From a virus (lineage: Duplodnaviria > Heunggongvirae > Uroviricota > Caudoviricetes): a stretch of DNA of 64,000 bases. How positions within the stretch are numbered: position 1 is the first letter of the stretch; each line of letters starts with the position of its first letter. Below, piece by piece: positions 50,624-59,814 of this stretch. The DNA is taken from the IMG/VR virus record IMGVR_UViG_3300021400_000141, positions 32,001 to 96,000 of that record; one strand, 5' to 3'. The notes beneath the pieces were generated by a model. The model had not been told where the DNA came from. It saw only the letters and a list, made by a program, of their open reading frames with translations, and did no database searches. The translations under genes and the position numbers were made by a program.

Positions 50624-51120
50624 TCCATTTCGACGCAGCTGAAATTCATGTTTTCGCCGCTCGCCATCTCGTACTTCTGCATTCTTTCAAGAATGTACTC
50701 TACCTTTGTATCAGAGGCAAAGCTTGCTACCAGCCACCAAACTGACTCGATAAAGTCTTCATCGGAAGAATACTGTTTGACAATGTCCTTCACCTTGTCT
50801 TCAAGACCATTGACTCGTTTTTTCATGTTTGAGATAAACAAATCCCAAAGTTCCTTACTCAACTTCTCAACAGTCTTCCTGTCAAGCTCAATATATTTGA
50901 GTTGACCATCTTTGCCATGGACAAACAGGCATCGTTCAATTTCATAACGAAGCCTCCACTCGTCTATCGGTGTCGTAATAGTCTTTGCACCCTGGCTCAA
51001 CTGGATATCAAGCAGAAGTTCGTTATTCTTCAGCTTTTCCATTTCGTAGTCTGAAAGCACAGTAACTACATGGCAGGAACTGGAATTGGTTTCAAAAACA
51101 GAGTTGCGAATCGTTTTCAT
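50617..51120 (-). CDS. conserved phage protein with N-terminal IRxxVFETNSSSxH motif
   Basis: MKTIRNSVFETNSSSCH; motif I recall from large-phage hypothetical proteins. Confidence 0.65.
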   Translation of the reverse strand: MKTIRNSVFETNSSSCHVVTVLSDYEMEKLKNNELLLDIQLSQGAKTITTPIDEWRLRYEIERCLFVHGKDGQLKYIELDRKTVEKLSKELWDLFISNMKKRVNGLEDKVKDIVKQYSSDEDFIESVWWLVASFASDTKVEYILERMQKYEMASGENMNFSCVEMEC

Positions 51121-51135
51121 CTTGTTTCCTTTAAA

Positions 51136-51873
51136 TCATGCGTCCGTAAGGATTGGCTCACCAGTCTTTTCGGAGTAGTCCTTGGCATTGTTCCATTTGT
51201 CGAAATACTCACGAGCACTCATCCCAGGCCAGAACTCCCTGACTTCGGCACGTTCATTGTCACGCAGGTTATCGAAATGACGTTCAATTTCTGGCATGAT
51301 AGCGTCATACAGGTCAGGGCGAAGACGTTTCAGGCCGTACATCATACCGATAACGTCGTAAAACGAGAGCTTGGTTCCATCTTCATAATCCGCATAGAAT
51401 ACGGAGTCCTTGAACAGGTGGTTATTGTCCTTTATCCACTTGTATTCAAGCGTCTTGATACCCTTGACATCAACCCACATATCCCATCTCGGGTTACGCA
51501 GCTTGATGAAATCGGAAGGCGGACTGTCCTGCGTGTACTCGTCGGAGACAAGGTACTCGTCGCTCTCCTCGTCGTAGTAGTAAAGATGCTGCTCGTAGTC
51601 GGGGTCGTCGGAAACCATGTGGCATCCCTTCTTTCCCTTCCAGGTAATGCCGAAGATATCTGTGAACGTGCATGAATGCATTCCGAACTGGTCAGCGTCC
51701 TTCTCGATTGAGTCGAAGAACGGCAGCTTGTCCATGTTTTTGTACTTGACGGACTTTCGGGCACGGTAACGCATGTACAATTCGTTGTCCTTGCTCGGGT
51801 TCTCGATGCTCCATTCCCACTTGTTCGCATCATAGTAGGGATAGGCGCTCATGTACTCGTGGATATCGCTCAT
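51136..51873 (-). CDS. hypothetical protein
   Basis: 245 aa, aromatic and acidic. Confidence 0.7.
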   Translation of the reverse strand: MSDIHEYMSAYPYYDANKWEWSIENPSKDNELYMRYRARKSVKYKNMDKLPFFDSIEKDADQFGMHSCTFTDIFGITWKGKKGCHMVSDDPDYEQHLYYYDEESDEYLVSDEYTQDSPPSDFIKLRNPRWDMWVDVKGIKTLEYKWIKDNNHLFKDSVFYADYEDGTKLSFYDVIGMMYGLKRLRPDLYDAIMPEIERHFDNLRDNERAEVREFWPGMSAREYFDKWNNAKDYSEKTGEPILTDA

Positions 51874-51888
51874 GGTTTCCCCCGATGG

Positions 51889-52173
51889 TTAAGCCTGAAT
51901 TCCGTAATACCTGAAAGTGTCTGGGAACAACTTGGCATCGAGAACATCCATGTACGGGCTCATTTCGGGAATGATGGTCATGGACTTGCGGTCAAAGAAG
52001 AAGCGAGTATCACGGTGCCACTTGTCTGGGTTGTTTTCAACCCTGCGACCAAAGAGGGTATAACGGATGTTGTCACGTTCGAGACGGTATGCCTGATAGT
52101 CAACGAGCTTTTGCGGCTGCGGCTTCAACATTCCACCGAAAACTTTGTCAAGATTAGGTTCGATACCGAACAT
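51889..52173 (-). CDS. hypothetical protein
   Basis: AAGGAG RBS after a promoter. Confidence 0.7.
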   Translation of the reverse strand: MFGIEPNLDKVFGGMLKPQPQKLVDYQAYRLERDNIRYTLFGRRVENNPDKWHRDTRFFFDRKSMTIIPEMSPYMDVLDAKLFPDTFRYYGIQA

Positions 52174-52205
52174 AGGTTTCTCCTTGTAATGAAACTTTTT
52201 TGATA

Positions 52206-52234
52206 AATATACCCATTTTGAGGAGATTTGGCAA
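52206..52234 (-). promoter_or_regulatory. sigma70-type promoter
   Basis: TTGCCA-N17-TATATT. Confidence 0.8.
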
Positions 52235-52316
52235 GTGGTATCGAGAATATTTTCGATGAAAAAATGTGAAACATTTCATGGAATGTTTCAAAAAAATGTT
52301 TCACACAATATGCAGG

Positions 52317-53138
52317 TTACACGTCTAGGCTGCTTCTGCGGTTGGACTGGAACTGTTCCTTAACAGCCTTTCCGTAAGCATCTTCCAGAATCTTGTGGCA
52401 AATCATCTTGATTTCTTCAACGTCGTCAGTGTCGCTTGAAGCAATGTAGTCGCCGTCATACATGGTTCCGAGCTTCATGTAGAGTCTCGGGCCTCCATAT
52501 ACGCAGTAGTCAACACGGGACGAGTCTGGGTCCTTGACGACGATAAGGTGGATTCTCCATCCACCAATGACCATCTTGGCCATACCACCCATGTATTCAG
52601 GCATAGAGCTGGAAGCGATGTGTCCGCAAAGCCATCCAAGGTGGTCTTTCATGAACTTCTTGGTCTTCGGGTAATCGTCGAACATGTGCTTTTCGGGGTC
52701 GTCAATCTCTGGCCCGACGAGGTAGTTCATCTGGTAATCGCCGCTGAACGGAAGCCTGTAACGGCTCTTGCGGGTGAACTCGTGACGAATACGCTTAGAG
52801 AACTGATACAGAGGGTCATCAGCGTACTGTTCGTCGTCCTTTTCTTCCTGTGATTTAATCGGGATGTATCCGCCGATTGGCTTGTCGTGGGTAGGGCCGT
52901 CAATTTCCTTGACTTCAACCTTATTGTCATCCCGTCTCAACGGGGATTCCCACGCCTGCTTCAACGTGTCTATATCGCAAGCCATAGGGTCCTTGTAGAA
53001 CCCGTTCTCGTCAATGCACGGGTTCATTTTATCCTCGTCCTCGAAACACGTGTCGTGGAGCTTGGATACCATGTCCCGCATCGCCCATGGCAGGCCCGCC
53101 TTTGCGAGCTGTTCTTCAAAAAGTGCCTTCCTGTTCAT
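52317..53138 (-). CDS. putative virion-packaged protein with the shared N-terminal motif
   Basis: MNRKALFEEQLAKAGL...VSKLHDTCFE; TATAAACT 6 nt upstream. Confidence 0.7.
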   Translation of the reverse strand: MNRKALFEEQLAKAGLPWAMRDMVSKLHDTCFEDEDKMNPCIDENGFYKDPMACDIDTLKQAWESPLRRDDNKVEVKEIDGPTHDKPIGGYIPIKSQEEKDDEQYADDPLYQFSKRIRHEFTRKSRYRLPFSGDYQMNYLVGPEIDDPEKHMFDDYPKTKKFMKDHLGWLCGHIASSSMPEYMGGMAKMVIGGWRIHLIVVKDPDSSRVDYCVYGGPRLYMKLGTMYDGDYIASSDTDDVEEIKMICHKILEDAYGKAVKEQFQSNRRSSLDV

Positions 53139-53144
53139 ACGAAC

Positions 53145-53152
53145 AGTTTATA
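53145..53152 (-). promoter_or_regulatory. putative late promoter TATAAACT (possibly leaderless transcript)
   Basis: AGTTTATA on + strand; no SD sequence before ATG 53138. Confidence 0.55.
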
Positions 53153-53153
53153 A

Positions 53154-54222
53154 TCATGCGGCAACTGAGATACAAATCGAGACACAACAGGATATGACCG
53201 AAATGCCCAAAAATGCCGTGCTAACAGCATTCAAAACCTTCGCCGCTTTAACGTGCGTCAGGTAGAAGGCTTCTGCGAGGTGGTGAAACAGCACGCAGAC
53301 AAACATAGATATGACACACGTCCACAACGAGGTTATGAAAACATTACCCAAATCCATCATCTACTCCATTCGACCTCTGCATCAGGATGCTTTATGCAAA
53401 GGATGAGAATTTCTTCTACAAACGGGATTAGACCGAATCTCCTTCCGTATCTGTCGGTCTCCTCCAGACTTCCCCACTTGTACCATTTTTCAGGTGGAAG
53501 AGTCTTCATCACCATCTTACCGTTTACCATTTCAGGCTCCCGCTTGATGGTCGTCTCGTAGCGTTTCAACCTCTTTGCGTTATCGGACATGATACGCAAC
53601 CCGTGCATGAGGTCATCGATGAGTTCACCCGCTTTCCTCTTCTTATCGGCATGGTTCCATAGAACATCGTACAGGGTGATTGTACCTTCTCCCTGGATAT
53701 CGTGTAGAATCACATGCTGTGCAATCTTCCCCGCATTGTGCGTGATGTTGCGGCTGTCTGACTTACGCCCACGGCCCTTTCCCCAGTGTAGTATGATATC
53801 CAGCGACATTAGTCATCCTCGTCCTTACCAATATGTTCAAGCCAGTCCTCGAAGTCGGAACAGGACCATCCCTCGATGGAACCGTCGGAACGCACGTTCA
53901 TGTCGATGTAGTCGCCATATCCCTCGTCCGCAGGGCACATGCAGTCTGGCACGTACTCGTTCTCAACCTTGGCGACAACATTGCCGTCAACCAAGACTTC
54001 TGCCGAGAAGCAGTCAACCACCTTGTAATGCAGGCGAGCCTCGACACCAATTTGCCAGTTGGTGATGACACCAGTGTCGGGATTGATTTCTGGACACCAG
54101 CAGGAACCTTTCAGGCAAGGCATCTTCCTATCTTTGTCCTCTTCGAACACTCCAGTTTCTGGATTGAGGATGTCTGCATCCTCGGTGTAACGTGCATCGG
54201 CACAAACTTTCAAAATTCTCAT
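53154..54222 (-). other. three hypothetical genes (53154-53360 two-helix membrane protein, 53357-53809, 53809-54222)
   Basis: Coupled ORFs downstream of promoter 54254-54282. Confidence 0.65.
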
Positions 54223-54253
54223 GGTGGGAACTCCTATAAAACTACTCCATGGA

Positions 54254-54282
54254 AATATACATAAATGTAAGCTGGGTGGCAA
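54254..54282 (-). promoter_or_regulatory. sigma70-type promoter
   Basis: TTGCCA-N17-TATATT. Confidence 0.8.
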
Positions 54283-54446
54283 CCCATGTCAAAAATATAT
54301 TTTAATCTTGTTGAGGATACGATATGAACATTGAGTTGAACCCAGTTGACACCCACCTGATGCTAACTAACAGTGACCCTAATGCGTTCACTCGCCTTCT
54401 TCTCGATACCGAGTGCAAAATGTGGGAGTCGTGCCTGCCCCATAAA

Positions 54447-54477
54447 GAAAAAAACCGCATCGAAGTGATGCGGATTT
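54447..54477 (-). terminator. Rho-independent terminator ending the macro-nadE-NADAR unit
   Basis: CCGCATC-GAAGT-GATGCGG preceded by an A run on + strand (U tract on minus strand). Confidence 0.7.
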
Positions 54478-54490
54478 GTTAAATGTTTTA

Positions 54491-54700
54491 TTACACCTTC
54501 TTTGCGTTAAGGAAAGCGGCTTTGAGCACATCAACGAGTTCCTTCTCGTATTTTCCAGACAGCCCTAGCGACAACCCTTCCTCGCTGTGAGACTTGCAGA
54601 TTTCATTGATATCTCCGCAGATACGCATGAACGAGTCTTGGAACTTGTCGAAATCGAAGTGTTCCTCGAATTCCTTTGGAAGTTCTATCCATAACTGCAT
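54491..54700 (-). CDS. hypothetical protein
   Basis: 69 aa abutting the NADAR gene. Confidence 0.6.
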   Translation of the reverse strand: MQLWIELPKEFEEHFDFDKFQDSFMRICGDINEICKSHSEEGLSLGLSGKYEKELVDVLKAAFLNAKKV

Positions 54701-55333
54701 TTAGCCCTCCGCTGTTTCTGCAAGTTCCTTACGGACACGCATGAGAATCTTTCCGAGGTGGTTTTCGCCAACCCCGTTGCAGACACCCCAGAACTTGTCT
54801 CCCCAGTAGTTTCCCTCGATTAGTTCAAGGTTTCCCGTATTGAGGAGCTTTACCCGCAGTTCGGGATTGCGGCTGAACTTGTCCTTCACGATTTGATACA
54901 TTACGTCAACTTTGACTTCGTTCCAGTCGGGTCTCAACGTGAGTTTCTGACCAGCGTATTTAGCCTTGGAGCCGTTCATCGTAGTGAACGCGATACGGAG
55001 CGATACATCGGTCGTTTTAGCGGCCTGGTATGCAGCCTCTGAGCAGGAATAGGTCATTCCGTCGTACACGACCGTACAGGGTTCGAAATTGCTAAGGAAC
55101 CGATACTTTGCGAAGAACGAGTCGATTACACCATCATGCGGCCCGACGGTGTATACCCTTTCGGTGCTCTTGTAGAGGTGCATGATTCGGTCGAACATGT
55201 TTTCAGCAAATTCGTCGGGATTCTCGACACCAGCCTTGACAACAACCTGTTTGAACTCCTCGAACAGCTTCACTGCACGGAGCTCAAGTTGCGGGTCGCC
55301 AAACGATTTGATATTGTTAAGCCAATCACTCAT
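54701..55333 (-). CDS. NADAR family protein (YbiA/DUF1768-like) with N-terminal extension
   Basis: FLSNF, SEAAYQAAK, RPDW, KF..N..L...LL.TG, LIEGN.WGD.FWG, GENHLGKILM. Confidence 0.92.
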   Translation of the reverse strand: MSDWLNNIKSFGDPQLELRAVKLFEEFKQVVVKAGVENPDEFAENMFDRIMHLYKSTERVYTVGPHDGVIDSFFAKYRFLSNFEPCTVVYDGMTYSCSEAAYQAAKTTDVSLRIAFTTMNGSKAKYAGQKLTLRPDWNEVKVDVMYQIVKDKFSRNPELRVKLLNTGNLELIEGNYWGDKFWGVCNGVGENHLGKILMRVRKELAETAEG

Positions 55334-55336
55334 TGT

Positions 55337-56547
55337 CTACCTTCCGAACGGATTGTTCACTTTCTTGGCTATTTCAAGAACTTCTTTAAGGTCTTTCTTG
55401 GTTTTCTGTGGAAGCGCCTTTTCTGCAGCAGCCTTCTTTGCATCCCTTGCCTTCATTTCGAGGATGATTTTGTCACCCATCTCCCTGGAAACAATGTGTT
55501 TTTCACCAGAAGCCATGTGGAGTTCGTAATTCAATTCGTCTATGGGAAACACGGATTCGACAAATTCCGTGTTCAGATAGAAACCTCTAATCTTTCTTAG
55601 CATCTTTCGTTCCTTGGATAGATTTCATATAACATTCGGTGAAGTCTTTCAGCAGCACCTTGAAGGTATTCAGGTCTACTTGGTTATACATCCAACAGTG
55701 TCTCAGGTTCGTGTCTGCGACGCTCGCCGTGACATCGAACCCGAGCACTGTGTAAGTGCCGAATTCCATGTCACCGAACATTACCTTTCCATCTCTAAGG
55801 GTGCATCCAGCCTTTTCACAGGCCTTTATGAACTCGTTTCTGGTCATCGGATTAACCCTTGATGATTGGGCTTTCTGCCTGAGGAGCTGCCTGCTGTGCC
55901 TGTGCCTTCATTGCCTGGAACGGGTCCTGCAAGTCGGTCTTTTCGATATCAGTGAGGAGGCCACCGACGTTACGGGCACGGCAGATAGTCTTTCCGTCCT
56001 GGTCACGGATGTAGCGGATGCCAGCATCCCATTCCTGACGCTTGAAGCTGTAAGTGCTTTCGTTGAGCATCATGATGAACGGGTCGTTGAGGTCAACGTG
56101 CTTGTCCTTCTTCAAGACTTCCATAGCCTCTTCGTGCTTCTTCATAATCATTTCCATCTGCTTCTTGGCCATGTCGGCCTGCTGCTGCATGAAATTGATT
56201 ACCTTGTCGATGAGCACCTTGGCTTCGTCCTTCTTGTCCGCATCAATAAGGTTTTTTGCCTGAGTGAGGTCACCTGCGATTGCGGTGGGAATTGCGATTG
56301 CCTGTTCGAGTTGACTGATATTGTTCATGGTTTCTCCATTGTGTTGATGTTAAAGTTTGATTGAACCTTGTGGTTCACGAACGGTGTTCAGAATTTTGCC
56401 CATCGCTTCGATATACTCAGCCTCAGTGATTTCCTTTCGGTTGAACTGTTCCTTCAACTTGAGTAAATCCTTGTATTCCGAGGTCTGCTTCATTTCCTTT
56501 CGGACTCTGGCGATATTCGCCCTTTCCTTCTTGTTGAAAATCGACAT
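55337..56547 (-). other. four small hypothetical genes (55337-55603, 55587-55847, 55852-56328, 56350-56547)
   Basis: Tiled ORFs inside the NAD-related unit. Confidence 0.65.
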
Positions 56548-56556
56548 GGCTCGCTC

Positions 56557-57051
56557 CTAGAATAGGATAAGACCGTCAGGTGTCGCCTTGGGAGGGTCCA
56601 TCGGGATGATTTCCGTAATTGATTCTGGATTCCACGGGAACAGGTAGATGTGCTTGTACTTGCTCTGTGCGTACTCTATCGTGTCGTACGTTCCGCCGAC
56701 AGGGTTTCCATCCCAGACTGCAAGCACGATGTCGCAGTTGTCCACCATCCACTTGTCACGGGTGATGTAGCAGCTGGGCTGGTACTTCTGGAATGCGATA
56801 TAGTTCACTTCCGCATAGTCGTGATACTTCTGCTCCACAGGATGAAGCTTGCGCTTATAAGGCCAAGCACAAATAAGAGGAATGTTCTTTTCATAAGCGA
56901 CCTCGGCAAAAATCTGGTCTGCTCCCCGAGCCATGCCCGAGATGCAATCACTGGGCTTCAGTTCCTCAACCTGCTTCGTCAGCCAGTCCTTGATTTCCTG
57001 TTCCCTTCCCGTTATTCTCTCCGGCCTGTGGCCCGTTACCATTATCTTCAT
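56557..57051 (-). CDS. SLOG superfamily protein (YpsA/DUF1273-like)
   Basis: VTGHRP, SGMARGADQ, RDKWMVD, AVWDG..GGT..T..YA; start reassigned to MKIMV. Confidence 0.85.
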   Translation of the reverse strand: MKIMVTGHRPERITGREQEIKDWLTKQVEELKPSDCISGMARGADQIFAEVAYEKNIPLICAWPYKRKLHPVEQKYHDYAEVNYIAFQKYQPSCYITRDKWMVDNCDIVLAVWDGNPVGGTYDTIEYAQSKYKHIYLFPWNPESITEIIPMDPPKATPDGLILF

Positions 57052-57403
57052 CGGTAGGTTTCCTCGTGTTTCTCGGCACAACGGCAAGCCCCCGTGCCTT
57101 GGTATCGTCGTAAATTCTGTTTGCACTCCTGATTGCACTGATGACATTGTTGTAGTACGCAGGGGTGCGAGTTATCTGCTGCGTAACACCCGTCTTACGG
57201 TTACTTGCGAAAAGACTGACGTACTTGCGGTCATCAGCTTCTTCGGAATACGTAATGAGCATGAATACGTCCTCAGTCACGTTGAGGACGGCACAGTACA
57301 ATCCCATAGCATCATCGGATGATTTCTCGACTTCAAGACGGTACTTTTCACATACCGACTTGAATGTGTCGAGCGATATTTCTCCTACGTAGATGCCACT
57401 CAT
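56966..57403 (-). CDS. hypothetical protein
   Basis: ATGA-coupled to nadE; 3' end overlaps the SLOG gene by 86 nt. Confidence 0.55.
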   Translation of the reverse strand: MSGIYVGEISLDTFKSVCEKYRLEVEKSSDDAMGLYCAVLNVTEDVFMLITYSEEADDRKYVSLFASNRKTGVTQQITRTPAYYNNVISAIRSANRIYDDTKARGLAVVPRNTRKPTDEDNGNGPQAGENNGKGTGNQGLADEAG

Positions 57404-58233
57404 ACTCTACCTGTAACAGTTACATAAGGCATTTCAAATATGTTCGGCAACTCAGGCTTGTAATGGTCAATGTTGACAATCTTGTTCTTGTATTTGCCGA
57501 TTCTGTAACCGTGAATGAGACGCTGAATATCGCACTTGCTGAACGAGTTCGGACAGCCACGGATGAACTTGTCGAACTCTTCGTAAGTGAAATTCTTGAC
57601 TCCAGACAGTTCGGAAATACGGGCTTCATCAGACTTTCCGCACATGCCGTCATTCGGAGTCTTCCAAACCAAGTCGTGAGGGAGTCCAAGGTATTCACCA
57701 ATCATGCGGACTTCGGTCTTGGTGAATCCCTGCAAGCATGCGTAAGAACCTGCGTTGTCGCCGAACAGCGTGGAGAAGTTACCCCAAGCACAGTCTTCGG
57801 AAAGGTTGCATGTGTTTATGACGGCAGCGCCGACAAGTGCAGACAGACCGAAAAGCATGGACATACGGAGACGGGCAGGGCTATTGCTCTTGTATGCGTC
57901 ATTTAGGTCGAACCCCGCTTTTGTAAACTGGGTGTTCATAGCGCTGAACATTTCGCCGATGTTCAACGTAAGTTCATTACAGTCGCAAATTTCGATGACT
58001 TTGTTAGCATCGCAAATGTCGGCCTGCGTGCCATTCGGCATACGGACACCGAATACGTTGCTTGGCCCAAGTACATCACAAGCCAGTTTGCAGCAAACTG
58101 TAGAGTCAGCACCACCAGAAACTCCGACAATAGCCTTCTTGAAGCCCTTGGAGCTGAACCATTCGAACATGTGCGCTTTCAACTTGTCGCATTCATCTTC
58201 GACTTTGAATAACGGGGTGTAATTAGCATTCAT
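57400..58233 (-). CDS. nadE: NH3-dependent NAD+ synthetase
   Basis: VGVSGGADS PP-loop, ARLRM, NLSE, TLFGD, TKTEVR, PNDG; no glutaminase domain. Confidence 0.92.
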   Translation of the reverse strand: MNANYTPLFKVEDECDKLKAHMFEWFSSKGFKKAIVGVSGGADSTVCCKLACDVLGPSNVFGVRMPNGTQADICDANKVIEICDCNELTLNIGEMFSAMNTQFTKAGFDLNDAYKSNSPARLRMSMLFGLSALVGAAVINTCNLSEDCAWGNFSTLFGDNAGSYACLQGFTKTEVRMIGEYLGLPHDLVWKTPNDGMCGKSDEARISELSGVKNFTYEEFDKFIRGCPNSFSKCDIQRLIHGYRIGKYKNKIVNIDHYKPELPNIFEMPYVTVTGRV

Positions 58234-58254
58234 ACGGATAATCCTTTTTGATAG

Positions 58255-58824
58255 TTAAGTATCGAAAATTTCAACCTTCGGCTGTTCAAACGGAGGTTTT
58301 TCAAAAAGCTTGAGTTCAATCATATTATTGTATAATTTGTCTTTGAAGACGCTGTTGATAATCGCCGTGACGATTTCAAACTTTCCGCCACCCTTTACGC
58401 AACCAATCTTTGCGGGCATCCAGATTTTGATAGGACGGCAACGCTTTTCATACAAGCGTTCAACGATAACGTCTCTAACATGAAGCAATCCGTCATGCAG
58501 AGCGTCATAACTGGTAAACCTGCCATCAGGATATAGCGAAGTGTTTTCAGAACAACTGTTCTGTGCAAACACATCGACAAACTTGACGACATTATCCCCA
58601 ATTCGGACATTGGTTTCAAACACCTGTCCAAGCAGGTTGTTTTCACCGTTAAAACGCCTTTGTGCAAGGAATTCAAGGTATTCCACATACACCTTAGGGA
58701 ACTTTTCCTTGATTGCCTTGGCAACGCCGCCACCCATCCTGCCTTCGCAGTTGGTCTGGTGGATGATGATATCGGGGATATCGATGCTGAAATCGAGCAT
58801 GTCTGCTGTGACGTATTTAATCAT
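58255..58824 (-). CDS. macrodomain ADP-ribose processing protein
   Basis: IIHQTNCEGRMGGGVAKAIK..FP and IWMPAKIGCVKGGG. Confidence 0.88.
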   Translation of the reverse strand: MIKYVTADMLDFSIDIPDIIIHQTNCEGRMGGGVAKAIKEKFPKVYVEYLEFLAQRRFNGENNLLGQVFETNVRIGDNVVKFVDVFAQNSCSENTSLYPDGRFTSYDALHDGLLHVRDVIVERLYEKRCRPIKIWMPAKIGCVKGGGKFEIVTAIINSVFKDKLYNNMIELKLFEKPPFEQPKVEIFDT

Positions 58825-58844
58825 AATTTGGCCCTTTCTTCTGA

Positions 58845-58873
58845 AATATAGTAAACTTAAACCCTCATGGCAA
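58845..58873 (-). promoter_or_regulatory. sigma70-type promoter
   Basis: TTGCCA-N17-TATATT directly before the macrodomain gene. Confidence 0.8.
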
Positions 58874-59195
58874 GGTCTATGAGCTTTTTTCCGATATTTT
58901 CACTGTTCGGCGTAATGGGGACAAACCCAACTCCGTTATAGACAGAATAGGTCTTCCCGACCATGGACTTGTCGATTACGGTATATCTGTTCCAGTTTTC
59001 CGCCTGCTTGTTGGTTTCGGCGTAGTAGTTATCATTGTTGTCGAACGGTTCTGCGACAACTTCGAGCATACCAACATCGCAACCGTCGTCAACATCTACT
59101 ATTTTGAGACGCTTGTCTGAACCAGCAATACGTACGCACACAAGGTCATCCTTGATATGCTGTTTTAATAATTCTGTCAACTGAGCGTTAATCAT
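58857..59195 (-). CDS. hypothetical protein
   Basis: 112 aa; GGAGG RBS. Confidence 0.65.
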   Translation of the reverse strand: MINAQLTELLKQHIKDDLVCVRIAGSDKRLKIVDVDDGCDVGMLEVVAEPFDNNDNYYAETNKQAENWNRYTVIDKSMVGKTYSVYNGVGFVPITPNSENIGKKLIDLAMRV

Positions 59196-59242
59196 AAGGA
59201 TATGTCCTCCAAAATTGTTGGTGTGCTTATTTTTCGTTCGCC

Positions 59243-59533
59243 CTAATCACGGTATGCCAAGAACGATGGGCGATACTTGTCATTGATGTATGAGCCAAGT
59301 TGTTCAAGCTGAGTTTTAGACAGCTTTTCAAACGTCGGTGTCATACGGAGAAAGTGAGTCGCATTTGAGAAGTAACACACAGGGATTGCACCTTCGGGAA
59401 CAGGTTCATGATAAAAAATTTCTCCTGTTTGGTAGTTTTTGCTGCAACTGACGGAAATCACTTCTTTTTCGTAGAGTTTGCACAGACGTTCTACTTCTTC
59501 TTTTCCCAGTTTCATAAGTTCTTTATATGCCAT
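59243..59533 (-). CDS. hypothetical protein
   Basis: 96 aa; AGGAGG RBS. Confidence 0.7.
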   Translation of the reverse strand: MAYKELMKLGKEEVERLCKLYEKEVISVSCSKNYQTGEIFYHEPVPEGAIPVCYFSNATHFLRMTPTFEKLSKTQLEQLGSYINDKYRPSFLAYRD

Positions 59534-59544
59534 GTTTTAACCTC

Positions 59545-59721
59545 CTAGCAATAAAAGATTACCATTTTCTTCTCGTCATAAAGCCACTTCATAAAATCGT
59601 CTGGACTCATCGAATCGTACACCTTCTTGTACTTTCGCACGATGGTTGATGGCGGAAAAGTTCTGCCATCTGCATCCATGAACTTGAAATGGCAAAGCAT
59701 CGAAGGAAAGTATTTACTCAT
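59545..59721 (-). CDS. 58-aa hypothetical protein (absent from the ORF track)
   Basis: Translated by hand: MSKYFPSMLCHFKFMDADG...KMVIFYC; AGGAG RBS; first ORF after a promoter. Confidence 0.65.
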   Translation of the reverse strand: MSKYFPSMLCHFKFMDADGRTFPPSTIVRKYKKVYDSMSPDDFMKWLYDEKKMVIFYC

Positions 59722-59735
59722 GTTAGACTCCTATG

Positions 59736-59765
59736 AAAAAAGTGACGGAAAACTATCCGTCACTT
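59736..59765 (-). terminator. Rho-independent terminator after pncB
   Basis: AAGTGACGGA-N6-TCCGTCACTT with a U tract on the minus strand. Confidence 0.75.
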
Positions 59766-59794
59766 AATATAGATAATTAAACCAGCTCTGTCAA
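59766..59794 (-). promoter_or_regulatory. sigma70-type promoter
   Basis: TTGACA-N17-TATATT. Confidence 0.85.
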
Positions 59795-59814
59795 GGGGTT
59801 TTTAATTATTTTTA

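Noticed and set aside
54324-54482. 52-aa + strand ORF with a GAGGA RBS
   Set aside because: It runs through a terminator hairpin and has no clear promoter or motif; possible but unsupported
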